32,435 nt of DNA from Anthoceros angustus (GCA_010909165.1 VJWM01000369.1:1-32435); one strand, 5' to 3'; shown: positions 1 to 11,399, counted from the stretch's first letter. Numbers and translations: made by a program. The notes: generated by a model not told the origin, from the sequence alone.

Positions 1-259
1 ACCAAGCGCTCGACACCATTGCCCGACTTGCGAATCATGTAGCCATCACGCCAATAGTCTTGACCAGCTGCCTGTTCTTTTCGGTGGGTCGGGCCTCGTC
101 CATATACAGTGCAAATCTTGAAGAGCATTCACATCTTCCCAAATGTCCTTTGCATTAGGTGAGCAAACACAATCATCCAAGGCGGTCATGGCAACAAGGG
201 CTGCGACATGACATCGGCACCAATCTCCTCCTCATGGTCCTCCCTAGCCTCGGTGACAT

Positions 260-1660
260 CACTGCACGTCCGGATTTCTAGATAGCATGTGCATTTTGGT
301 GTGTCACTCGGCTGTGCTCCACAAGGAAGTCATAATCTTGAAGTATCATGGCCCGTGAGCCGACTTCCCACTCAATTTTGTGTTAGTCATCAGCCATTTC
401 AATGGCGATGATCGATCACTAACAAGCTGCGACCATACAAATATGGGCGGAAGTGGCAACGGCCCAAACAAGCATGAGGCACTCCCCTCATAGCTGTGGT
501 GGCCTCCGCTCGGTTATTACTCCTCGAGGCATAGCGATCACGCGCTCCTTGCCTGCTCATCCTCTTGTGCAAGCACCGCCCCAAGTCCCGCATACCCAAT
601 CGGTGTAACACAAATGGCTTGCTAAAATCGCCTAGCCATGGTGACCTGGTCAATTGCTCCTTCAACATGTCAAAAGCTTGCTGCGCCAACTCTGTCCATG
701 CCCATTCCACGTCTTTCCTCAACATGTCATTCAAGGGTTTCGCAATTCGGCTGAAATTCTGAATGTAAACCCTGTAATAGTTGCATAACCCAAGAAAGGC
801 ACGCAAGGCTGACACGTTGGTGGGCTCCTTCACCTGCAGGATAGCCTGTACCTTGGCTGAGTGGGGCATCACCCCGTTAGGCACGATTCTGTGACCTAAA
901 TATGCCACCGTGTTCATTCCAAATTCACATTTGGACGGGTGACATGTGAGCTCTGCCTTCCTTAGCCTACGGAACAGCTCCTCTAAGTGTGCCGGTGATC
1001 CTCAAAGGCGATCTTGTGAACCCGGCCGCGTCGTCGATATAGCACAACAAGTTGGCACATCCGGTAAAACGGATCCATCACCGAAAAGTGGCGGGTGCGT
1101 TCTTGAACCGAATGGCATCACCAGCCATTCCACGGTATTGGGACCCGTGAACGCGGTCTTCTTGATGTCCTCTTACGCAGCGGAATCGTTAAAACCACAT
1201 CGAAGGTCCAAAGTAGAGAAGAAGGCAGGCGCCCAATCTTGTCAAATATCTCCTCCGGTCGGCATTGGGTACCGATCCTGCGGTGATGCATTGATGGGAC
1301 GATAGTCCCCACATCCGTTCTCCGTCCACCCTTGGCATCCTTCTTTAGCGGCATGACGATTCTTTGCGGCATAATCGGCTGGATAGCGGATAAGCCACCT
1401 TCAAGAAGCTCACGACACCTAGCATCGACCATCTCCCACTCCGTCTTGCTCAACCTGTAGCGGCGCCGGTAGATGGGCTCACTGCTGGTCAGGTTGATCC
1501 GAAATACAGTCACATTGCAGCGCTTGAGGTCCTTCATGGTAAAGGCAAAGCAGTCCTGATACTTGAGCAGGAGAGTGTGGATGCGTGTCTTCTGCCCATC
1601 TGTCAGTCCATCCCCCATGCGCCACGGGAAAGTCTCAGCATTTAGCTTAGGCTGCGGGAC
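260..1660 (-). pseudogene. Gypsy pol reverse transcriptase + RNase H (frameshifted in this sequence)
   Basis: RT: PIYRRRYRLSKTEWEMVDARCRELL, CGDYRPIN, FSTLDLRCGF, EDIKKTAF, YIDD (1030-1041), VAYLGH, LRAFLGLCNYYRVYIQNFSRIAKPL. RNase H: YASRSNNRAE, HFRPYLYGR, KWLMTNTKLSGK. Confidence 0.93.
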
Positions 1661-1859
1661 TGGATCATCTAAGCACTCTCTGGCTGGAGGCGGAAAAAGC
1701 ACTGTAGGGGCGCCACGGACTGCTCCACCCCCATCCGGCCAGAAAGGCATGTATGCATATCCGAGAAAAGGAGATGAAGCTGCGTCATTTGGACACATCT
1801 TGTGATGGGCTGGTACCATGGCTGCCAAGCGGCGTGGAGCTGAAAAGCCAAGCACGGAC

Positions 1860-2343
1860 TCACTAACCACGTGAGTGCGTGAACATCCATGGCTCGCCTA
1901 GAGCACGCTTCTTGTTGTGGTGTAGTAGGGCTGGCATAGAATGGGTGAAAGCCCATAATGCGTTCCGCTCCGGCGGTGGGTTCCTCCCAGCTGCTGCGTG
2001 TTGGTGTTCAACGGCCATCCCTCGTACATGGCGAATGAACGGAAAGCTAACGGTGGGCGGTCTGCGGTGGCGGCGGTGTGTTGGTTTTGAACCAAGGCGC
2101 CGCTCACTTGTGTAACAAGCTGGTGGTGATGATCCTCGCACCGATTGAAGGCTGCAAGGACGGGTCCTGTGTGTGCCACGAAGCCAGTCTGGCGGGGCGG
2201 GGACCAAGTTGGTCGATAATTCCTCAGCGGTGAGCAAAGGCGCCCACACAGGCGCATCTAACAGGATGGGAGGCCCGGCATAATCTTGGAACCTGACGCC
2301 ATGTCTGTGCACATATACTGCGTCAAATTGCGCGGTGTGTATT
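1860..2343 (-). pseudogene. C5 cytosine methyltransferase, C-terminal half (motifs VIII, IX, X)
   Basis: Stitching frames across small deletions gives GPPILLDA..GAFAHR-LRNY-TNL (2205-2276; compare DNMT3A PVMIDA..AAHRARYFWGNL), ERIMGFHPFY (motif IX, ~1947-1971) and KRALG/RAMDVHALTWL (motif X, ~1865-1907). Confidence 0.82.
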
Positions 2344-2594
2344 TGATGAAATAGGTCTAGCTTAGGGCACTATTCATTAGGGCCTCATTACTTAAACATT
2401 AATTTAGAGCTAGGGCTTTAGGTAGTTAGTTGTTACAACTTATAGTTGCAACAACTTATGGTTGCAACTACTTATGGTTACAACAACATATTGTTGTAAC
2501 CACACCACCCACCCTATTTAAAGGCTTGTACTTTACTCATTAATCAATTCATTCCATTGTTTCTCTTCTATCTAAGAGCTATTGATTCTCATCA
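2344..2594 (+). repeat. Copia 5' LTR (251 bp)
   Basis: Direct repeat of 9583-9839, with 6-bp terminal inverted repeats TGATGA/TCATCA, internal ~16-bp repeats and TATA-like TATTTAAA at ~2515. Confidence 0.97.
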
Positions 2595-2605
2595 TGGTAT
2601 CGAGC
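2595..2605 (+). promoter_or_regulatory. Primer binding site, tRNA-iMet type
   Basis: TGGTATCGAGC directly after the LTR equals canonical TGGTATCAGAGC missing one A. Confidence 0.85.
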
Positions 2606-3539
2606 ATTTAGCTCTTTGTGCTTGAGCACCTCGCTTCCTTATGCTCTAGGCAATTTTCTCTCCAATGCTTTTGCGTTTGTAGTACTTCAAATGAAGATAA
2701 TGCGTGGAGATTTCGCCTTTAGACAATCATCGGTGACACACAATGATGCACACATTGTGCATCAATTTCTTATCGCTCCTCATGGATTCCTTTAATCCAA
2801 GGACAAGAATTTAGGAGGAAGATCAAGGCTTCAAAGAAGAAGAAACAACATCAAATCAAATCTTCTTACATTCGGGAGGAGTTTGACCTCAATTCTCCTC
2901 AGTTGATGTTTTAGAGGCACAAGTATGTTGTCTCATTGAAGCCCTTTTGTCTAAGTCGAGATAGAGTACAAGATATCATTTATGCTCGTAAAGCTCTCCT
3001 TTCTACATTTAGCCTTTATCAATATAGTGCTATAGAGTCCCATCTCTAAGTACATAAAAATAAGGCTAGTATCTTCGCTCCTAATCCGGATCATCTAGCA
3101 ATCTCTTGATTCCATTAGAGCGAGAACTTAGAATAAATCACTCGCTATCAATGAGAAATTGACTTACAATACACAACAAATCAATATTATCACGATAGAC
3201 TTGTTGACCGAGACCTTTCACAAGGTCTCTTCTCACTTGATTGTAAGTCTGCAGATTCGATTATGATGCGAAATTCATAATTTGAAGAAATGTTGTGCAC
3301 GCCTCTTTCCGCAAAACAATGCAAGAAGGCGGCGTGTCAACCACGCATAACCTGCATCATTAAAATTACTTGCAATGGTGGGGTCGGACGATCTCGACGT
3401 GGATATTGATGACTTGGTAGCGAGCAAAATTTTGGCCAAAAGACCAAATGGCTTGAAGAACAACAATCTATATGGCGAGATGAATGGGAGCAATTTAAAA
3501 GGAAGAAAAGGAGAAAGCTAAAAGCGTAATGAATCCAAG

Positions 3540-6500
3540 CCTCAAGTGATTCAAGGTGACAACTTTAAAGACAAAGATAGATTCAACGGCAGGCGATGTA
3601 TGGCAACAGTGCCCAAGGTGTCTGCACGATGGACTTATGGAATATTGTCAGCGATGCGGAAGAATGTTCCACTTGGGACTCGATGCTATAGATGAATGGG
3701 AAGCCAAAGATCGGAGGCAGACGCGTTTTAATGAACGGACTTACAAGCAATGGTACTCCAAGTTGCGACGCAAAACACCGCATGAGATGTGGGAGAAGTT
3801 AGCTCGACTTTATGCCTCCAAAGATGGAATGAGCTTATTGATCGCCACCGTCACTTATATACTATAAGGATGAAGGAGATTCCTTACAACAACACTTGAG
3901 CAACTTCCGTGTGCAAAGAATAATTTCAATGCATCCTCAAGAAAACTTACAGAGAAACAAACTTTTATTGCTCTCTCGCCACTTGCCGCCTCCTATAGGC
4001 CCTTTGTGACAACGCAAAATGCGGTCCTTAGAGTGCACAAAAGCAGAAATTAATCGGCTCCCAACGCTGGATATCGGTAAGTGAATTAATTGGAGCACTT
4101 ATTGAGGAGGACGCGTCGAAATGAAAATCCCGATCAGCCCGCCAAGTAATGTACGGCCGAGGAAGAGGGCGTGGCCGAGGCGCGGAAACTTCACTCCTAG
4201 GACTCCTACTCAAAATTTTCAAGGACCATCCACTTCTTCATTTAAACCTTCAAAAGGCATGAAGAAGGCTGGAGTTACAATTGGTGCAAGATGACCAACC
4301 ATATGGAGAAGGATTGTTGGAAGAAGAAAAATGGTGAGCCAAAGAAGGAGGTCACCGGGCACATGTTGCCGTTAAGAAGAAGCCCTCCACGGCAACTCCA
4401 TCAGCACTCATGCCTTGGCAAGTTCCAAGCCATCAAACCAAAATTGGTATTTAGACAGTGCAACATCTCATATATGTCACGACTTAACTTTTTGAGTCGA
4501 TTCGCCATCAAAAGGACAACAACTCCTAGGCGGCGACCATAACCTCACCATATTTGGTAGGTTCCGTGGCATTAAAGTGCTCCACCGGGTTCTTACTCTC
4601 TCCCATGTCCTTTATGTACCCTCCATGTGCAAGAATCTAGTGTCACCGCTAGTTTATGTCAAGAACATAACATGCAAATTATCCTTGAAGCCGATTTGTG
4701 TCTCCTTTACTATCATACTAATAAGTATCACACAACTGCTCGGAACACTAGAAGATGGACTCTATAAACTCTCGGTCAAGTGGGTCCGTTACACCTCATC
4801 AATGTAGCCTCCCATTCCACTCTTCAAGCACCATGCTTTGGCTGTCGATTAGGTCATCCGAATAGCCAAAAGCTTATCCAAATGTCTAAGGAAACATAGA
4901 ACTCCTGTATTCCTAAACTTGAACCTCTCACGGTGTGAAGCTTGCGTCATAACCAAAAATTCCACAATCCATCCCCTCGGAGGCTAGGCACCCTTAGAGT
5001 TGGTTCACCAGACATTTGTGGTCCCTATATCGCACCTTCATTTAGTGGTTGTAGATATTTTTAACCTTCATCGATGATTATTCCGGTTCGTCCTCACCTA
5101 CATCCTCCGCCATAAGAGTCGCCTTTTCTTTCTTCAAAGAATATATGATGTGGGCGAGAGACTTAACAGAAGCTTAAAACTCTTCGCTCCGATAATGGAG
5201 GAGAGTTCACTTCAAAATTTTTGAATTTTGCACAAGGTATAGCGCAACAACTTAGTGTGGTACACACCTCACAAAATGTAGTGAAAACAAAATTTACGCC
5301 TCCGAGATCACAGTGTTTGCTCACCCAAGCTACATTATCTAAAAGTTATTGGGTGAAGCTATATTGACAACATATCTCCTTAATAGATAACTTGGTCAAG
5401 GCATGACTCCATATGAAGCTTTCTTGGGAAAACCTTCATTGATCATTTACGAATCTTGGATCCCCGCTATGTGTTCATCCCCAAAGTACAACGCAGAAGT
5501 CGATCCCAAGGCGACCAAATATACCTTTATTGGCTACAGAAGGCATTAAGGGTTACAAGTTATTTGACCCATCTACCCGAAAGCTCATTTATGCTAGGGC
5601 GTGACCTTTCATGAATCTCATATTCTTTCTCCTATTATGGCATCTGCTCCCATTACTCCCGATGCTCCTTCCTCTGCGCATCCGAGCCTTCCACTTTGAT
5701 GACGATGATTTTGTCATCATTCATTCACTCCCTCCAGCAAGCTCCTATGGATGAACCTCATTGCGAGGAGGAGGAGGAGTTAGAATATATTCCAAGGCGA
5801 CCAACTACTCCGGATCGATTTAGAAGAACCTCAACATTTAAGCGATGATGAAATCGACTATGATGTTGAAATTCGTGAGGAGGATCGTATTCCTTTGAGG
5901 ATGAGCCGTCGGCGAGCAAGTGGATGAATTCGACGACGAGCGAGCAAGAACTGCGTTACACCGCACAGAACCACTCAACAAGTGGTCGACATTGAAGAAC
6001 ACATTCAACAACCGCACCAAGGTACAATCTTAGGACTAGACCACTGTTGCAGGACTGCTGGATGGAAGGAACCACCTTTGGGATATCTTGTCACTGACCC
6101 CATTTCTCCTCTCACACCTTATTATCAAGCTGTTTACAAAGCCACAGTTGATCCGGAGGAACCGCTAACCTTGAAACAAGCATTTTCCTCTCCGAGAAAG
6201 ACACATGGAAGGTAGCGATAGATTGATACAACTCTTTAGTAGAAAACTCCACATGGGAATTAGTTAAACCACCCAAAGGGAGAAAAATAGTGGGAAGTAA
6301 ATGGGTCTTTAAAATCAAACGTAAGGGTGATGGTTCTATTGAGCGATATAAGGCAAGTAGCGAGAGGGTTTACCGATACCGGGTTTAGATTACATACCAG
6401 GCTACCTATGCACCTGTAGCAAAGTTTGCCTCCTCGAATTATAATAGCCTTGTGCTCAACATGACTTACATCTTCACATGATGGACGTCAAAGCGCCCTG

Positions 6501-7665
6501 CATGGCGAATCCAAGAAGAAATATACATGAGACAACAAGGCTATGAAGTCAAAGGTAAAGAAGACCATGTATGCTCATTAAAGGCATTTATGGCCTTAAG
6601 CAATCGAGCAAGGAATGGAATAATGATATACATGACAAGCTTACAAAATATGGTTTTGTTCAAAGCAAAGCGGATGCTAGCATGTATATCCACGACTAAA
6701 CGATTACACAATTTTACCTCTTACTATATGTGGATGACTTATTTTTAGCTTCATCTTCACTCTCCCATCTAGCTGAAATTAAAGCATGGTTGAGAAGTCA
6801 TTATGAAAATGACGGACACAGGAGACCTTAGTTATGCCCTTGGCGTTAACATTATAAGAAATAGAGGTAATAAATCCATTTCCTTGGTTCAAACAAAATA
6901 TATAAAAGAAAGCTTAAATAAGTTTGGACTAGAAGATGCTAAGCCGCCACACCATTTCCAAGTGGCACAAGGCTTACAGCAGATATGAGCCCTAAAACGG
7001 ATGCTGCAGAAATGTCAGCGGTACCATACGGACATCTTTGTTGGCACCTTAATATATTTAAGTAACTTCACAAGACCCGATATATCTTTTGAAGTTAGTG
7101 CGATCTCACAATTTTTGAGAATCCACGACAACATTGGCAATGTGTCAAGAGAATATTCAGGTATTTAAAAGGGACTATGCACAGGATTGATGTATAAACA
7201 TGTTCGGCATATCTAAGTTACAATTAACGACTTATCGATGCCGATCTTGGAGATCCCGATAGCCGCAAATCAGATCCGGCTATGCATTCGCTAGGAGGTG
7301 CACCCATTTCATGGTCAAGTAAGAAACAACCAACCATTGCTTTGTCTGAGTCGAGTATAGGGTCCTCACCTCGTCTCCAAGGATATAGTGGAGTAGGTTA
7401 GCATTGAGAGTTGAATTATCCCAAGATGGACCTACACCTCTACGGATGGCGGGGGCTATTGCCTTAGCTAGGAACCCTGCTTTCCACTCGAACTAAACAT
7501 ATAGCGATCAGTATCATTACATACGGAAATGTTAGAAAATAAAACAATAGATATCAATTATATACCAACTCAAACAACCCAGCTGACCTTTTAACCAAGT
7601 CATTAGGAAGAGATTTGCATTTAAAACACATGAAAATGTTAGGAGTACAAGAGGTTAAGCCCTAG
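3540..7665 (+). pseudogene. Copia gag-pol polyprotein (frameshifted in this sequence)
   Basis: Gag HEMWEKLARLY; knuckle YNWCKMTNHMEKDCW (~4277-4320); protease WYLDS(G)ATSH (~4445); RLGHPN; integrase LELVH.DICGP, FIDDYS, LRSDNGGEF (~5182); RT WELVKPPKGRKIVGSKWVFKIK and LLYVDDL (6721); RNase H SWSSKKQPTIAL, RTKHI, QPADLLTKSL; stop TAG at 7663-7665. Confidence 0.93.
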
Positions 7666-8173
7666 ATGTAGGTATTTCCAATTTTACAATCCACAAAGTT
7701 TATCTAGCATGTTTATTTCCTCTTCTATTTCCAAGTAATCATCACTGTACTCCTTCTCTTCTCTCTAATGCCCAAAAGGACCCTACAAAACACTCCATGG
7801 GTTACGGGAAGAAAAATGGTGTTGAGTTAGTCATTCGGGTTAGGTCACTTACTATACAAGTGCTTGGTGTGTCCTTCGTACTCTTCACATGGATATGCAC
7901 CTAACCACATCATTTTTATCCCTTTTCTCACATACATATTCCATGGGGACTTGTGGTCGTCCTTTCCTCCGGAAGCACCATGTATGTTGCTCATAGGTTT
8001 CGGTGGCAAATAGGAGTTTGGTATTTTCCTTTTGTTTTGTTATAGGTTGTAGAGGTAGGGCAAACCTCACATGGCTTGTGCCTACCCTTTCTCCACATCC
8101 AAAATAGATGTAGATTAGCTTATTATTAGCATAGGTTACACTAGTTACTAGCCCCTAACTATAGGTTTTACAC

Positions 8174-9033
8174 CTACTCACTTTTCTTTTCCCTAGCCCC
8201 TACTTCTCCTATGTCGTAGCATATGCTCTCCAGGCTGCCCTCACATCTGACTGCTGGGGCCTCTCTGTTTATGGAGTCCCACTCCTCACTCTTCTTCTAT
8301 GTTGAAGTCATACCCGGGACACTCAGGATACGCTCCAGGCCCTCGGTAGTTGGATTATCTACATCAACAATCATTAGTATTTTTATGCAATCAAATTATT
8401 TATTGCAATTTATTTTGCATTTGTTGGCTTACCAGCCCCTCGACTTCTTTGATGACAACATCGGTTTTTAGTGCTTGTACCACCAAGGCGTCATCTTCTC
8501 CATCGGCTTTTCTCCACTGTTTTAGCCACCTCGGCACATGCTTGCGAGGAATTCACAGAGAAATTAGGATCTTCCATATCATTTCCTATATTACGGCCGG
8601 GTCCCGACATCGGGATCTCTTCACCCCGTGCGAGTGCATCTCTATACCACAAGATGCGCCCACGGGCGGCTTCCCGGCTCAATATATCTTTTTCTCTACG
8701 TGCGGCAAGTTTTCTTCTCCTTCTTGCTACTCGGTTTGCTCTCTTCATTTTCTTTATGGCCTCGTCCTTTGGAGCACGGGGGGGGGCACGGGAGCCTTCC
8801 TCCGCACGACAAGGACCTGCCACCACATTAGGCCTTTTTATTTCTTAGAGACCAAGACATGGAAAATGGAAGAACAGGCATGGAAAATGGAAGAACAGGC
8901 ATTGAAAATGGAAGAACAGGCATTGAAAATGGAAGAATATGCAAAATTCAGGCAACTCACCTACTATCAAGCGTGCCATATTAACACGAGATAGTCTCCA
9001 CTCCAACTTTGTGGCCTGCAACACTATGGACAT
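8174..9033 (-). pseudogene. Putative spliced antisense accessory ORF inside the Copia 3' region; exons 9033(or 8979)-8961, 8816-8433, 8358-8174; two in-frame stops
   Basis: Intron 8817-8960 reads GTGAGT...CCTAAT...GCAG and intron 8359-8432 reads GTAAGC...TACTAAT...GTAG. Both are phase 1 and splicing keeps one frame. Product is basic in the middle (KKMKRANRVARRRRKLAARREK). Confidence 0.55.
8858..8941 (+). repeat. 21-bp tandem repeat x4 (CATKGAAAATGGAAGAACAGG)
   Basis: Copies start at 8858, 8879, 8900 and 8921; the array lies inside the predicted antisense intron. Confidence 0.95.
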
Positions 9034-9093
9034 ATAACAAACTGCATTTTTGGCCTGCGGGTGGCGGGGCGGCCGATTTAGGATAAGCCCGTG

Positions 9094-9500
9094 TGGGCTT
9101 ATCCATTTAAATATTTTGGCCTTTTTTGTTTTCGGAGCCCCATATTTATTTATTTTAGGCCTCTCTTTTAAGCCTATTTGGAGCTATTATTTTATCAACC
9201 TTATTCTGGTGAATATTTTGGTGGACATATTAAGTTTTCTATTTCAGGCTTACTTATTCATCAAAGCTTAAGTTATCGGCACTTTTCTTGGGCTTATCCA
9301 TTTAAAATATTTTGGCCTTTTTTTCGGGGCCGCTTTGATTATTTATTTTATTTTAGGCCTCTCTTTTAAGCCTATTTGAGCTATTTGCTATTATTTTTCA
9401 ACCTTATTGGTGAATATTTTGGTGGACATATTAAGTTTTCTATTTCAGGCTTACTTATTCATCAAGCGACTTAAGTTGTATGCACTTTTCTTAGGCTTAT
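9094..9500 (+). repeat. ~195-200 bp AT-rich tandem duplication (two copies plus start of a third)
   Basis: TGGGCTTATCCATTT...CACTTTTCT units start at 9094 and 9289; partial TAGGCTTAT at ~9492. Confidence 0.9.
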
Positions 9501-9570
9501 AACTTTTGATTAAGTGAGTCTATCTATGATTTAGACCTCATTTTGAGCTAGAATTCACCCCTACATTCAT

Positions 9571-9582
9571 AGTGAGTGGGAG
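9571..9582 (+). promoter_or_regulatory. Polypurine tract of Copia
   Basis: AGTGAGTGGGAG immediately before the 3' LTR TG. Confidence 0.8.
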
Positions 9583-9839
9583 TGATGAAATAGGTCTAGC
9601 TTAGGGCACTATTCATTAGGGCCTCATTACTTAAACATTAATTTAGAGCTAGGGCTTTGGGTAGTTAGTTGTTACAACAACTTATAGTTACAACAACTTA
9701 TGGTTGCAACTACTTATGGTTACAACAACATATTGTTGTAACCACCCAACCACCCAGCCTATTTAAAGGCTTGTACTTTACTCATTAATTAATTCATTCC
9801 ATTGTTTCTCTTCTATCTAAGAGCTATTGATTCTCATCA
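9583..9839 (+). repeat. Copia 3' LTR (257 bp)
   Basis: Differs from the 5' LTR by only a few substitutions and short indels; followed by TSD GTATT. Confidence 0.97.
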
Positions 9840-10245
9840 GTATTCTCAAGGAGGTAAGCACACCGCGGGTTGTATTGCTGAGCCCATGTGAGGACCTGAT
9901 GTAGATCCCTGAACAGCCCTGAGCGTGCATCTTGTAGACCAGCTCCATGCCCAGCTTGGGAGAACCCCTGGCATTCCCAGCCAGCAATCACCATATCCAC
10001 ATTTCCCAAGGCCTGAATGTGGCCTTCTTGAATGTAACGGACATCCTGCGGTAGAGCAGTGAAAGCACTGTGATAGGCCTCCAAGGCGATTCTTTGTGGA
10101 ACGCTCATGCACCCTTGCGGCTGAACTCTGCGATACGGCGTCTTTGTGACATCATTGTCACAATACACGTATCGTATATGGCGATCCATCATCAAGAGAG
10201 CCTCCGGCCCGATCAGATCCGCCAAAGAGTTCTACCACCGTGTCC
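9840..10245 (-). pseudogene. C5 cytosine methyltransferase, N-terminal half (motifs I-VI)
   Basis: Motif I VVELFGG (10218-10238, adjacent frame); II YVYCDND; III LPQDVRYI; IV VDMVIAGWECQGFSQAG (9950-10000, catalytic Cys 9971-9973); V GLQDARSGLF; VI YLLEN(T), which ends at the Copia TSD. Confidence 0.92.
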
Positions 10246-10599
10246 CAGACGATGGCGCCCATGTAATCACATTGTGATCCGGCCTCGATCTTGAGTGGTG
10301 GTTAACACTGAATCAACAAGTGCATCACTGCACTCTGTCTCTTACATCTTGTAGCGTGAGCTGCTCGGATGATCGGGTTGTGCAAGGGCATGTTGCAAGC
10401 TGTGAGATCCATGGGACTGGGAATGGCGTCATCAGCTTCAAGATTGTGCATACTGGCCTGGTTAGCATCTTGGACTAGCTTCACAGCATTGCACGGGACA
10501 GGCTCCTTGCTAGCATGGCACACCACTAACGTGACAGTCTCGGTGGCCACACTGCCGTGCAAGTCCAAGGGAATATGTGCTAAACGCCGTCCTCCCTGC

Positions 10600-10900
10600 T
10601 GCCAGTCAGGCGGATAGAAGGCCTGCTCCGTCCAATTATCCACTCCTACGCCAGGTGGGAAAAGAAACTCCTGTCCTAGCAGCAGGTCGTAGTTTGTGGC
10701 CGTGGTCACCAAGCACGGCAGAGACATGGTCATGGCATCCGATGAGCACGGATTCAATGTGATGTGCACAGCTCAAGTCTCGCCACACACAGGCTCCACG
10801 GCCCGGTGCGGATGTTCCATGGGGATTTGAAGTGCTTCTCCTGCAAACCAAGCCGTCTTGACTGCCTATAATGGTGGCGCGATGTCCAACACCACCACAG
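10600..10900 (-). pseudogene. Gypsy aspartic protease (retropepsin)
   Basis: Degenerate VVLD-x-A active-site region near 10885 and C-terminal YDLLLGQEFL motif (ORF 10302..10769). Confidence 0.7.
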
Positions 10901-11399
10901 GTGCAGTAGTTGTGATGACCCGTCCCTCTCGGTTGTCTACCACTGCGTTACTCACTCGCATTCGCTGTTGGTAAATTTGGATGCGTGGATGCTCCAGTGA
11001 CCTGTTGGAAATTGATCATGCGGTCATTTGCAATGGAAGCTGTCCACGGGCTCCACTGAATTTACTAACGGTGATCCGGAAAGGAACAAGTCCCCGGACG
11101 ACTACCAAATCTCCGGCACATGAGCAGCGGGTTGTGACTTCTGCAGCGGTTCTTTGGAGGCGTTCCACAGTCATGCCCATGTCCGCAAGGACATTAATAG
11201 TGCTGCAACAACCGTCTTTGCCTGCTCATGTGTGACCAAAGGGGCATCATGTACAATTGCCCTAAGCGAGGGCTGCCTCATCTCTGTCTGCATTGGCTCT
11301 GTCTTGTCACCGGAGTGAAGATGTATCCTGCCCGTAATGGGATGGCGGTTCAGTGTAAGGGCATAAAGGATTGAGGCATTGCTGCCTTGCTCCTCATTG

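Larger units (their letters stand above)
2344..9839 (+). mobile_element. Full-length Ty1/Copia LTR retrotransposon (nested insertion)
   Basis: Paired LTRs TGATGA...TCATCA; 5-bp TSD GTATT at 2339-2343 and 9840-9844; PBS and PPT present; gag-PR-INT-RT-RH order. Confidence 0.97.

Noticed and set aside
8350-8994. 214-aa + strand ORF ending in WKMEEQA repeats
   Set aside because: The repeat peptide is just the 21-bp tandem array, and the rest is the shadow of the better supported spliced minus-strand ORF.
8858-9500. CRISPR-like array
   Set aside because: Repeats are contiguous with no unique spacers, there are no cas genes, and the context is eukaryotic.
9824-10225. Bacterial restriction-modification methylase or contamination
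   Set aside because: The domain is embedded between retroviral protease and RT and is split by a plant Copia with an intact TSD; the ORF's terminal DENQ comes from the LTR.
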